Shown piece by piece: positions 8,643 to 18,512 of a stretch of DNA of 64,000 nt (its first letter is position 1; every line of letters starts with the position of its first letter). Origin of the DNA: a virus. The translations under genes and the position numbers were made by a program. The stretch covers positions 32,001 to 96,000 of the IMG/VR virus record IMGVR_UViG_3300029922_000029. One strand, written 5' to 3'. Under the pieces are notes generated by a model. The model had not been told where the DNA came from. It was given only the letters and a program-made list of their open reading frames with translations, and made no database searches.

Positions 8643-11385
8643 GCACACCCGAAGAACAAATGGCAGCAGTGAGGAACTCACTCGCCGTAGCGGAACGAAG
8701 ACTCAAGGAACTCATGGGGAAAGATCCTGACCTCCTCACGAGATCGGAGCAGTTTGAACTCGATATGACAATTGATTGCATTCGGATGGGAAAGCAATTA
8801 CTCGGAGACAATGGAATTTCAAAGCAACCTCTTTAAGGAGATCGACTATGTTTAAAAAATGGATCCTCAAATTTCTCAACATCCACTTCTTTGCAATCCT
8901 CAAGGCAGAACGCGAGCAAACCTATGCCGAAGCAGTGAAGCTATCAACACTCGCCGTAAAGTGTGACATTCAGAAGTACTGCGCTCAACTCGATGCTCAT
9001 AGGGAGTTGGAGAAAAAAGTTTCCGATGATTGGCGAAAGGAAAGATCAGCCAAGCATGAAGAGCATGAACGTTATATGGAGGGCCACGCGAAGCAAGTCG
9101 AGCAGTACCTCTCTGGGTTTAATGCTCTGTTGCAGGAATTCATGAAGAAGCCTGAGATCAAGAGGAAGAAATAATGGCTGAATCACTCCCCAGTTGGTCC
9201 GACTTCAAGCTTATTGTCCAGCGCGAGGCTCAAAAGTATTTTGGTCCGAACGCCACGGTGGATCGCCTCGAGGTGTGGGAGCCGGAGGGAACTTACAGTT
9301 ACTCGCGATATCGAAGACCGCAGAATAAGGAACCCAAGAAGCGTAAGATGAAGAAGGAGACAGAATGAGTAACTGTAAGCATGAAACATGTCAGAGTCAG
9401 GAGGAGTGTAATCTACGGGATCAGGCCGTGCATGACAATAACCTCTTGGTTGACTGCCAGCATCGCCTTTCTGCCTGCGAAAAGGAACGAGATCTTTTCC
9501 GTTCGGAATCCATGAAAAATGGCGAGTTTGCTTCGCGTGAGTCCCAGAGATGTTGGCATCTCACACATAAGCTTATAGCGATGGAAAAGGAGCGCGATAC
9601 CTGGGGTAATGAGTTTAATGCGGTCTGCATTGTGAAGGAGCAACTCTTGGAGGCGCAGTCAAAGCTGGCTTGCGCCGTTGAAGCGCTAGAGAATTGCACT
9701 GGAGGAGATTTAGCTTCTGGAGAGGGCATTTATAAAGCGGAAATCGCCCGCGAAGCCCTCGCCAAGATCGATGTTGATAGTTCACCTGGAACTGTAAACC
9801 ATCAGCCTGGACCCGATACGCATGCTCTGACTGCTGACGAGCGAAAGCTAATCGAGCGCACCGCCAAGCATGATGCCTATCAAGCTGTACTTCTGTGGGG
9901 ATTGAGTCAGACTCCATCGATAAGAAAACTACGCTTTGGTACGCCAAAGAAAAGAGGGAGGGGCACCGCCAGTGGTTAGAGGAGCAACCAATGCTCTACG
10001 ATTACGTGGGCGGGTTCGTAAAGAAAGTGCAGACCGAAAAGGTCAACACCATGAGTGACCTTTCCGATCGCATGATTGCTCTCCGCGAAAGGTGCCTTCG
10101 CTGCTGGGCGGACGAATTCAGTGACATTTTCCCGCAGGGGAGAAACTTAAAGATCGCCGGAGAAGAGATGAAAAAATACGGAAATCCAGGACACAGCGAG
10201 AGATGCGAAAAGGAAAAGGTCGGAGGACGCGTCGTCCTTTCCGGACAACGAGGTTCAAATGAGTAAACCGTCTGAAATTCTTGATGAGTACCGCGACCGA
10301 TATCCTGAACCAGAGCATGACTGGCGTTTCCGGGCCGGGCGAATGGCCGAGCAAATGGCGATGCTTGGTACTGACCTATTGCAGGCGCAGAAGTTACTTA
10401 CTAAGGCACGACATCAGCGGGACTCCCTTGCGGTGACGTTAGTTGACGCTCAGAGGGAGCGCCTCACCGCCGAGTCCAAGCTGGACTCGGCCAATCGAAT
10501 CATCGGCGAGCAGCTTGCAACGATTGCGGTTCTGAATCGAATCAAGCCGAGTCCCGATACGAGTAGGCTGATCAAGGCCGCTAAAGCGTTGCTTCAGAAC
10601 TACGAGAAGTGCCCGCAGAACCCGCACAATGACCCGACGATCCGCCGCAGATACCTCGATGGTTTGCGGGACGCGTTAGTGCAGACCGAAAAGGCCTGCG
10701 ATGCTTGCATCGATGCGGGCTCTGGCATGACCGGCCAATCTATGAAATGTCCCGCACACTCCGCGAAGGAGTGCAATCGATGAGTAGATCAAGTGGCCGC
10801 GGCCGAGGCCCGGATGGAATTTCAGCAGTACCTGGAGTTTTTTCCGGGTGTCTGATCATGATTGCGATGGGTTGTTTTATGCTGTTTTTGGCGGCCGCCT
10901 GCTTTAGAGCCTGCGGATGAGAGGAAAAAAATGAAACACAGTGGAAGCGGTAGCGGTTCTGGAAAGTATGCTCTTTATCACACTCATAAGGGACGTCGCT
11001 CCGTTGAGGTGCAGGATTTACCCGAGGACATTGCGTCGGTAAGAATTGTCATCCGTGAGATGGATATCGAAAATAAACTCATGATGGATGAGGATCATGC
11101 CTATCTCTTATGGGCATCGCTTGATCAGATGGCAAAAAATAAGGGTTGGTTGAATGAGCTGGAATTGCCGCCAATGTCGCCGGGAGAGGGTCTGCGATGA
11201 TTGAAATCGATGACGGCAAGAAGGATTGCATGATTCAATATCAAGGTAAGACGGTCATGCTGATGACCGAGGACGGCTACACGGCGATCGGACTATCATA
11301 TGAGCAAGCCAAGAACGTTACGGTTCTGCTTTCCACAATTTTAGCCGAAATAGTTAATGGCCTAACTAGTGCCGAAGAGTCCTGA
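8639..11385 (+). other. run of about 9 small translationally coupled hypothetical ORFs
   Basis: Consecutive + strand ORFs, several with ATGA or TAATG overlaps. Confidence 0.7.
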
Positions 11386-11404
11386 GATGACTCCAAACTG
11401 AATC

Positions 11405-11440
11405 ACCCGGGCCTCGCAAGAGTGCCCGGGATTTTTCTTT
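11405..11440 (+). terminator. intrinsic terminator
   Basis: CCCGGGC...GCCCGGG hairpin followed by ATTTTTCTTT. Confidence 0.6.
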
Positions 11441-11472
11441 ACCCCCCACTCGAGCTGCGCTATGTTCCACCC

Positions 11473-11970
11473 ATGATGGCAGAAACAGATGACGATCGCT
11501 TTGTCAGGCAACCCCTCAGCGACTGGCTCAAGGAGCGGCCGCTCTTTCACCTCTACCGTGACGTGACCGGAGAAGAGATCATACTCGAGTTGCCAGCGAA
11601 CATTGATCGGCCCAATCTTCACAAACTCGCAGACCACACGTACGAGTTCGTCGAAACTCTCCCCGACAAGTCGATGTGCCACACCATCCGAACTCAATTC
11701 GTCAGGAATGGCCACATCGCTTACGAATACAAACTCCCGGGCGGCCAGCGTTTCACGCGTTCCGCGACACGCGAGAACTGGGAGCATAATCTCGGCAACC
11801 TCGGCGCAAAGCGTCAAGCGGAGCTCGGGACCCAGATCTCGAAGACGATCCACACGCCTAAGGTCCAGAATATCGTTGATCGGGTCGAGCGGGCCAAGAA
11901 GGAGAAGCTGAAGGGCTTCATCACCCAGAATGTCCGGAACGTCCTTGACCCTAAGAGTAAGAAAAAGTAA
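11473..11970 (+). CDS. hypothetical protein
   Basis: ORF after the terminator; start ATG11473 or 11476. Confidence 0.65.
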   Translation: MMAETDDDRFVRQPLSDWLKERPLFHLYRDVTGEEIILELPANIDRPNLHKLADHTYEFVETLPDKSMCHTIRTQFVRNGHIAYEYKLPGGQRFTRSATRENWEHNLGNLGAKRQAELGTQISKTIHTPKVQNIVDRVERAKKEKLKGFITQNVRNVLDPKSKKK

Positions 11971-11979
11971 ACTCACCCC

Positions 11980-12489
11980 ATGTTCATCAAGTCTATTACT
12001 AAAAAAGGTCAGCCAGTCCCATTCACCCCCAAGGAATGCCTGGAGCGCGCACTGACCCTGGGGTTGAAAAACGAGGCGACCGCTGAGTCGGACAAGAAGT
12101 TCATCTTCTTCTTGACCAAAAGTTCGGCCGTAGCCACCCAGTTCGCTGAGCACCCAGGCCCCGTGACGGCTGTGAAGAAGAGTAAAGCGCCGGCGCTTCC
12201 GAGTTGGATCGCAGTGGCTTCAGGCACCTGTCTCCTCGGCAAGCACGATGTCGCCAAGAACCGCTTCTACAAGGCCAAGTCCTACGCCTTCCAGATTACC
12301 TACGCAAGCGGTAAGGACGCACTCGGGATCCCCGACGTCAGTGTGACCACCTGTGCGTTTACCGCGGTCGAGACCAATCCGGGCGGCGCACACGGCCCCC
12401 GCAAAACCAATCCACCTGTGGTCGTGGGCGAGCTTACGCCTCAGCCCGGTGGGCTCGTGGCTCCGGCTCCAGACGCTTCTCTCGCCTAA
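11980..12489 (+). CDS. hypothetical protein
   Basis: 169 aa ORF. Confidence 0.7.
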   Translation: MFIKSITKKGQPVPFTPKECLERALTLGLKNEATAESDKKFIFFLTKSSAVATQFAEHPGPVTAVKKSKAPALPSWIAVASGTCLLGKHDVAKNRFYKAKSYAFQITYASGKDALGIPDVSVTTCAFTAVETNPGGAHGPRKTNPPVVVGELTPQPGGLVAPAPDASLA

Positions 12490-12493
12490 GCGG

Positions 12494-12521
12494 GCAAAAT
12501 CATAGCTTCTTCTGGCATAAG
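12494..12521 (+). promoter_or_regulatory. bipartite phage promoter-like motif copy 2 (GCAA-N16-GGCATAAG)
   Basis: Intergenic; followed by an AAGGAG RBS and ATG12541. Confidence 0.75.
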
Positions 12522-12540
12522 CTAAATGCAAGGAGAGATT

Positions 12541-13995
12541 ATGAATACAGCTACTGAGTCGGAACGTTTCACGGAGCAAGATAGCACATTCACTGGAGGC
12601 GGCGAGAGCCTTTTCAGTCGGTCTGAAGACCTGAACCAGCCCGAATACCAAGCCCGCATCCAGGCACCAGAATCTCCGCAGGAGGGCGACGGCATCCTCT
12701 GGGAGGTCGAGGATCACAAAGCGGCCTACGGGCAGGGCGATCGCTTCAATCGATCCCGGGACGTGCTGAGCGAAGCCACGATCGAGGCATGGGGCCAAGG
12801 CGTCTTTGAATCGATCAGTCAAAGCAGTCTGCGAGAAATCAAAAAATACGTCGATGACTTCCTTGACTTCCTCCACTGCCCGACCTTCAAGAGTTTCGAC
12901 TCGATGGACATGATCCGGATCATGTTCGCCTACCTCGACTATCACGACATGTACTTCTGCTTCTATGACATGCCGGTCCAGATGTGCATGGATCAGCACG
13001 AGTTCACCTACATCAATAAAGCGACTGGCGAGACCCTGAACCCAGAGCATACCGAAGTCTTTCGGGTCGCACGCGGCTGGGACTTTGCTCCGTTCCGAAC
13101 CTTCAAGCAGCGTATCTCTCATCCTTCCGTTCAGGCATTCGGAAAGGGTGAACAAGTCATGCACTCGAAGGAACAAAGACCCATCACAAGAGAGGATATT
13201 CTTAGAGTTCTCTGCGAACCAGTTTATGGAAATTACGATGAAAACTCTTCTCAATCCAGGCAGTCCGGCCTCAAGGAGTATGTTGAAGATCAGGTCGATG
13301 CTTACTTGAGCGAGCAGACTTTCGATGTGCGCAACGACATGGAGAAGGTCCAGGACTTCAACGATGTTAGGCAGGCCATTATCGAAGCGACAGTCGCAGC
13401 TGGGATCGCGGTCTGCGCGTGGATTAAGTCTCCGATGGCTGTCCCGTTTCTGTCCCAGTGGCATCCGGTCTACTATCATATCTTGGGTTGGGACAACGAC
13501 ACCAACAAAGCCTATATCGAACCCGGAACCGGAGGAGAGGCGGTCGTGACCGGCTGGGAAGTCATGACTCTCAAGTCAGTCACAAAGCTCGAGAATATGC
13601 CGGCCGGCAGCTGCCGGAGCTGTCAGCTTACTCTTCACTGCACCCACATTCTGAATGCTAACGCATTGATCTACAAAGTTTGCAGTTGCGGGAAGCCAGT
13701 TCATCCTGATGACCTGGAGCTCGATCTCCACTCAATCCCTGGTCCTTATCGCGGGACCGCAAGGGATGAACGGTGCGTCCCTTATCGGAAGGCGCACCCG
13801 AGTCTGCCTTCGTTTGTCTGTTATCGCTGCGCTGAGAAGCACCTGCTGTTTGAGACCGCCATGCAGGCACCCCCTCAGTACAAATGCTCACGCACAGTCT
13901 GCCCGAATACGGGTTGCGCCCACCATTGGGGTGAGGCAACGCGCCGGCAAGTCCTGAATCAGAGGCGGAGGCAAATGTTGCCAGCCCCATCGTAA
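12541..13995 (+). CDS. large hypothetical protein with Cys-rich multi-zinc-finger C-terminus
   Basis: CRSC....HC, CSCG, CYRC, C...VCPNTGCAHH. Confidence 0.75.
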   Translation: MNTATESERFTEQDSTFTGGGESLFSRSEDLNQPEYQARIQAPESPQEGDGILWEVEDHKAAYGQGDRFNRSRDVLSEATIEAWGQGVFESISQSSLREIKKYVDDFLDFLHCPTFKSFDSMDMIRIMFAYLDYHDMYFCFYDMPVQMCMDQHEFTYINKATGETLNPEHTEVFRVARGWDFAPFRTFKQRISHPSVQAFGKGEQVMHSKEQRPITREDILRVLCEPVYGNYDENSSQSRQSGLKEYVEDQVDAYLSEQTFDVRNDMEKVQDFNDVRQAIIEATVAAGIAVCAWIKSPMAVPFLSQWHPVYYHILGWDNDTNKAYIEPGTGGEAVVTGWEVMTLKSVTKLENMPAGSCRSCQLTLHCTHILNANALIYKVCSCGKPVHPDDLELDLHSIPGPYRGTARDERCVPYRKAHPSLPSFVCYRCAEKHLLFETAMQAPPQYKCSRTVCPNTGCAHHWGEATRRQVLNQRRRQMLPAPS

Positions 13996-14060
13996 GGTGT
14001 TAAAAAGAATGTCGAGGCGCCTGTACGAGGCCTCGGCAATTTCTTTACCTCTGAGGACGC

Positions 14061-14543
14061 ATGGACGAGGCAAAATTCAAGAAGCAACTTAGAGCCTCCT
14101 TTCTAGCGCAGACAGCGCTCGCCCAGGGCTACGAGTGGCCGGTCACCGATCCCTTCCGGACTGGCACCGCCGACTTCTTTCTTGCTGTCCGTGGCTGCGT
14201 GATGGCATGCGAGGCCAAGCATATGAAAGAGCTTCCGGTCCGAGAAAACTCGAGAGTCCTCGACCACCCCGTCTCGATGGAGCAGTACAGGTTTCTCAGA
14301 CGTTACCAGGAGAGCGGCTCGCCATCGTTTGTGCTCATCGGTGTTGGTAAGGATGCGGCTGCTTACACCAACCGGATTCAGCTCAATTACACGAAGAAGG
14401 AGCTCATGTTCTTGCCGAGGCTGCAAAGACTCGGGAAAGACCTCTGGGACATGGGACCTTTGATTACGATCATGGCGGATCACAATAAAACCTGGCAGCC
14501 CTATCTCAACCTCCCTGCGGACGCACATGCCAACACCCCCTGA
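14061..14543 (+). CDS. RecU-like Holliday junction resolvase (PD-(D/E)XK)
   Basis: GTADFF...G...ACEAKH...Q..FL...G..SFVLI. Confidence 0.75.
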   Translation: MDEAKFKKQLRASFLAQTALAQGYEWPVTDPFRTGTADFFLAVRGCVMACEAKHMKELPVRENSRVLDHPVSMEQYRFLRRYQESGSPSFVLIGVGKDAAAYTNRIQLNYTKKELMFLPRLQRLGKDLWDMGPLITIMADHNKTWQPYLNLPADAHANTP

Positions 14544-15102
14544 AAAACCTCAGTCAAAACCCCAAGGCTTCTTCTTCGAGGAAGATCCGGACTCGACCGA
14601 GAGTGGCGTCGACTGGTCTGAGCAATCCGCATTTTTCAATAGCGTGATCCAGACCGAGGGTAAACATAAAGCTAAAGAAGGCAGCGAGATGCCGTCCATG
14701 GTTCCGATGGGGATCCAGTCGGAAGCAAGCCTTAAGCGTCTCCAGAATGGTTGGATCGCAGTGGAGTTTGGGAAAGTCAGGAAAGACTACGCGATCCACA
14801 CCATCCCCATCAACCCGCGAGTCGACTTCGGAAACAAGGACGTCTTCGCGCAGACTTGTCGGATCACGATCCTTCTCCTGAACGAGATCGTGCCCTTCGA
14901 TCTTCAAGTGAACGTATTCCCTCCGGATCCGAACTGGTCGGTGAAAGCGGTCAGCTATAAAATCATTGGTGGCGTGGATGCTTGGAACCTCGACCTGGAT
15001 AAACTCGAAGCAGAGGTCATGCCTAAAATCCTCGAGCAGCTCACCCAGTACTGCATGGCCAAAAATACTCAGCGCGGCCCTCAACCGGGTCCACGGCGAT
15101 GA
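14527..15102 (+). CDS. hypothetical protein
   Basis: 191 aa ORF overlapping both neighbours. Confidence 0.7.
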   Translation: MPTPPEKPQSKPQGFFFEEDPDSTESGVDWSEQSAFFNSVIQTEGKHKAKEGSEMPSMVPMGIQSEASLKRLQNGWIAVEFGKVRKDYAIHTIPINPRVDFGNKDVFAQTCRITILLLNEIVPFDLQVNVFPPDPNWSVKAVSYKIIGGVDAWNLDLDKLEAEVMPKILEQLTQYCMAKNTQRGPQPGPRR

Positions 15103-15899
15103 AACTCAGGTCACTGGGGTCCGGTTCCTCCACCTGTCGTCACCCGCTCGTGCCGTCCTGCTGGCTTCTTCAGTCGGCCGGCGCGACTGTGGTGATTGGA
15201 GCTCCTTGGCAGCTGGCAGCTAGGCTTGAAGCGATCGGAATCAGTCTTGACCAGATTGATATGATCCTTCCCCTCTCGCCCCGCGGCGACCAGATCGGTG
15301 GCCTGGAAGAGATTGCTCACTATTTCATGGGCAAGTCGAAGAAACCCTACCTTGTGGCACCCGAGAAGCTGCTTCAGAAAATCAAGGAGCGGATCGAGCC
15401 GGCCTTCCTATTTTACCTGAAGGAACTGTTTCAGGTGAAGGCAGTGTCTCGGATCCAGGTAAAAGAAGAGCATATCTCAGAGACCCTGAGCTTCGTGCCC
15501 AACTACTTGGACCTCAACATCCCTTCCTACGGCATCCGACTCGAGGACGCCAAGATCTTCATCACAGGCGAGACGGCCCTCAATGAAACCTGGCTGTTCA
15601 AGGAAATGGGCTGCAACGCGATCCTACACAGCTGTAATTTATCAGCAGGCATTACGGGTTATCCAGGCCCTCCAAGTCTTGCCGAGCTTCAGACCCTCCC
15701 CGTCTATCTGCAGAACAAACTCTGGCTCTACGGTTACGGCAATGCGTTCGCTGAGCACGAGTCCCAGATTATCCCTATGCTCTTTCTGCCTCAGGGCGCC
15801 GCAGTCTATGACAGCGCGAGGCGTGACAAGATTCTCAACAAAGAGCGTTATTTACGGGAAAACGCAAAGCGTCTTCTGGGTAACGAACGAGAACCCTGA
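15099..15899 (+). CDS. metallo-beta-lactamase-fold protein, Apyc1-like, metal ligands degenerate
   Basis: LGSGS, ID.I...GDQIGGLEE, SYG, TGE, ILHSC and L.EL..LP...Q.K.WL.GYG align with the Apyc1/RNase Z-type MBL layout. HxHxDH is replaced by SPRGDQ. Confidence 0.75.
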   Translation: MKLRSLGSGSSTCRHPLVPSCWLLQSAGATVVIGAPWQLAARLEAIGISLDQIDMILPLSPRGDQIGGLEEIAHYFMGKSKKPYLVAPEKLLQKIKERIEPAFLFYLKELFQVKAVSRIQVKEEHISETLSFVPNYLDLNIPSYGIRLEDAKIFITGETALNETWLFKEMGCNAILHSCNLSAGITGYPGPPSLAELQTLPVYLQNKLWLYGYGNAFAEHESQIIPMLFLPQGAAVYDSARRDKILNKERYLRENAKRLLGNEREP

Positions 15900-15931
15900 G
15901 TCCCGACGCTAATGCCCAAGAGTCCCAAGAG

Positions 15932-15966
15932 TTGACAGGGAAGTAATTGCCGAGTAATCTCGGCAC
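15932..15966 (+). promoter_or_regulatory. sigma70-type promoter (leaderless) with overlapping palindrome
   Basis: TTGACA-N17-TAATCT-N6-ATG. The inverted repeat TGCCGAG-TAAT-CTCGGCA covers the -10. Confidence 0.75.
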
Positions 15967-16254
15967 ATGAAGAAGAACAAGGCGCAATGCCAACGAGTCC
16001 ACGCAAAGAAACGGGCACTGGAAAGGTATGACCTAGACCTCAATCGAGACGCCCTCGAGGAGATCGTCAGCCGCATCCAAAACGGGGTCGGCATTAAGAT
16101 GGTGCTCAAACAAAGCCTCAGGATCTCCCACTACGAGATGACGGTTCAGGAGAAACTGGTGCGAGTCGTTTATGACCGGTCTCGCAAGACAGTCGTCACC
16201 TTTCTGCCCCTGATTCCTGCCACCGATATTCAGCACGACCCCGTGGATTGGTGA
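15967..16254 (+). CDS. small basic protein, DUF4258/RelE(BECR)-like
   Basis: HAKKRALERY...RVVYD....VVTF pattern. Confidence 0.55.
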   Translation: MKKNKAQCQRVHAKKRALERYDLDLNRDALEEIVSRIQNGVGIKMVLKQSLRISHYEMTVQEKLVRVVYDRSRKTVVTFLPLIPATDIQHDPVDW

Positions 16255-16255
16255 A

Positions 16256-16283
16256 TCAAAAAGTCGGGATTATCTGGCATAAG
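16256..16283 (+). promoter_or_regulatory. bipartite phage promoter-like motif copy 3 (TCAA-N16-GGCATAAG)
   Basis: Intergenic; AGGAG RBS and ATG16302 follow. Confidence 0.7.
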
Positions 16284-16301
16284 AAAGATAGGAGAAAACT
16301 T

Positions 16302-16733
16302 ATGAAAACAGCTGAGAAGATTGTGAAGGGGAGCTATTGGGCTACCGACAGTGGAGATTGCGCTCGAATCGATGCGGATGATTATCCCACCGAAGACTCG
16401 ATTGTGGGTCGTATTTATTCACGTCGACTGAATAAGTGGCGCATAAGTCCGTCCTCATGGCGGAGCGATGGGGAGTACTATAATGGCCCTGGGACCTTGA
16501 CTGATAATAAGTTGCTCAAGCCTTGGACCGGTCCTCTGCCTTGGGCAGAGAAAAAATCAGAACCAAAACCCCGCATGCTGGCCTACTTGGTCAACGTGAA
16601 GGTGAAGAACACGACTCGCCGTCGGTGGTCTCTGAGATTCTATAAAGAAACCGACATGGTCGGAATTGACAACGACTTCGTGAAACGCGCCCCCTGGCTC
16701 GATGAACCCTTTAACCCGACTGGACAACCATGA
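16302..16733 (+). CDS. hypothetical protein
   Basis: RBS-supported start at 16302. Confidence 0.7.
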   Translation: MKTAEKIVKGSYWATDSGDCARIDADDYPTEDSIVGRIYSRRLNKWRISPSSWRSDGEYYNGPGTLTDNKLLKPWTGPLPWAEKKSEPKPRMLAYLVNVKVKNTTRRRWSLRFYKETDMVGIDNDFVKRAPWLDEPFNPTGQP

Positions 16734-17356
16734 AACTCATCACTCTGATTCCCTTTCTTTCACTCCTTCTGCTGTCTACTGGCTTCGCTCATCATGCCCC
16801 GGCCCCATTGCCGAGCTCAACGCCTGCTGTCGTTGCAGCCCTCCCAAGTCCCGCTCCGACCGCCACCACCCACGTGGACCCGCTCTCTCCAACGATCACT
16901 CTCGATTGTGATTCGACTTGTCTACCCAACGAGGTGGCCCAGCTACCGGCGCTGCAAGCCAAGATGAATGAGGTTTTGAACTCGGATTGCCTATCTGCTT
17001 ACTTCCTTACTCCTCATCGCCGGATCGATAATAGGGACGACCTCACGCCCGAGCAGGTATTGTTGAAGCTCAGGCAGCCCTCCCATCTCACGCTCAACTA
17101 TTTCTACAAGAGCGGGACCAAAGAAGAAGGCTACGAGTCGGCCGTCGACTTCTCCGTTATTCACATGAATCGAGCCTATACGGCTACGTGGACGTTATGC
17201 GAGGTGACATCGCTAGGTCTTCATGAGATGACCCATACCAAGCAATTCTGGCATCCGGGTGGATTCAATCAAGCGAAGAAAGATTACTTCACGGTTCCCT
17301 ATCAAGCCAATAATGCAACCGAAGGAAGGGACAATATGTCTGCGTGCTGCCAGTGA
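16730..17356 (+). CDS. secreted zincin-like metallopeptidase
   Basis: Signal peptide MKLITLIPFLSLLLLSTGFA, Pro/Thr linker, HEMTH....H motif, paired Cys. Confidence 0.7.
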   Translation: MKLITLIPFLSLLLLSTGFAHHAPAPLPSSTPAVVAALPSPAPTATTHVDPLSPTITLDCDSTCLPNEVAQLPALQAKMNEVLNSDCLSAYFLTPHRRIDNRDDLTPEQVLLKLRQPSHLTLNYFYKSGTKEEGYESAVDFSVIHMNRAYTATWTLCEVTSLGLHEMTHTKQFWHPGGFNQAKKDYFTVPYQANNATEGRDNMSACCQ

Positions 17357-17987
17357 TCAACATCCCACAGCCCAGACAGGACAAGGTCCTCACCGACCTC
17401 GACGGGAATCGTTATATTTGGGAGGCCGATGCCAAAGAAACATTCGCCGATCTGACCCACCGCCTGAACAAAGCGGAAGAGGTCATTCAGTATTTCGTCG
17501 ATCGGGCTACCGACTTCAACCATCCAGAAGGTTGGATCCAGAGCAAAAAGACTCTTGCTCGGATGCAGTTTGCCCTCACTGTTGTTCAGACCGGGAAGGA
17601 ACCACCGCCGGAAGCCCCAACCCGCCCAGAACAGCCACACAACACTCCGTCATCTCACTACGAACGACGTCCACTCTAACGCAAGGAAGCCAAATGATCA
17701 CCCTTCTCCTCGCTCTCGCTTCTGCCCCTCAGTTCGAACATCCTCACCCCGGTCACGAACCCGGTCCATCTATAGGCCATGGATCCTGCATCAAGGAACA
17801 CCCTGCGGCTGATTCGGATCGCGGAGTCACGGATATGCCGTATCTGATTGACCACCAAGAAGTCGAAGCGGTGGCGAGTCCATTGCCTGGGCAGATCAAA
17901 AAGAAGCAGAAGTACGCCTCTCACTTTCATCACAGTTATCCTCACTGCCTCGACTCTTGTGGTAATTGGATTGCGGGGTGTAGATAA

Positions 17988-18512
17988 ATGATTATTCCGC
18001 TCGATGTCCAAGAACAGAGACCTATGGTTGAGCTTCCCCTCCGAGGTGTAGATCTCAGAGCCTTTCTGCTTCGCGTAGAGTTCGCATTGATCGTCCAGGC
18101 ACTCGAACGAACGAGCAACCACAAGACTCATGCCGCCGAGATTCTTCACATCAAACGTTCCACTTTGATAGAAAAGATGCGGCGTTTGGGATTACCTTTG
18201 TGCGTGAAGACTCGCCAGACTCCGGACACCGGAAGTCTCAAAGACAGGGCAAATGCGCATACAAAACGAGTTCAAGCTAAGAAAAAAAAGAGAGCGCGGC
18301 TAAAACCTAAATTAGAAATACAAAAAGAAGAAATCATCCATCGTGTCATGGGACTAATGGGATGGGACGCCGATAGGGCTGCTGTTTGGTACCGCACCTC
18401 TAACCCAAACTTTGGGGGCGCATCAGCTGATCATCTTGTTCAAATGAATCGCGGCCGCAAAGTCTTAGCCTTTATTGAATCAGCAGAGAAAGAAAGTAAG
18501 CCAGCCGCCTGA
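17988..18512 (+). CDS. Fis-type HTH fused to Xre/MbcA-type antitoxin C-terminal domain
   Basis: E..LIVQALERTSNHKTHAAEILHIKRSTLIEKMRR is a Fis/NtrC HTH; A.VWYRTSNPNFGGASADHL is the MbcA-like part. Confidence 0.75.
   Translation: MIIPLDVQEQRPMVELPLRGVDLRAFLLRVEFALIVQALERTSNHKTHAAEILHIKRSTLIEKMRRLGLPLCVKTRQTPDTGSLKDRANAHTKRVQAKKKKRARLKPKLEIQKEEIIHRVMGLMGWDADRAAVWYRTSNPNFGGASADHLVQMNRGRKVLAFIESAEKESKPAA

Noticed and set aside
12494-12530. TGGCA motif as a sigma54 -24/-12 promoter
   Set aside because: GG-N10-GC spacing is not met here (GC falls at N12), and other copies read GGTATA.
12220-13479. Long antisense ORFs (also 7455..8495, 34905..35987, 44771..45658, 49070..50158)
   Set aside because: These are shadows of codon-biased genes on the opposite strand, with no motifs or RBS.
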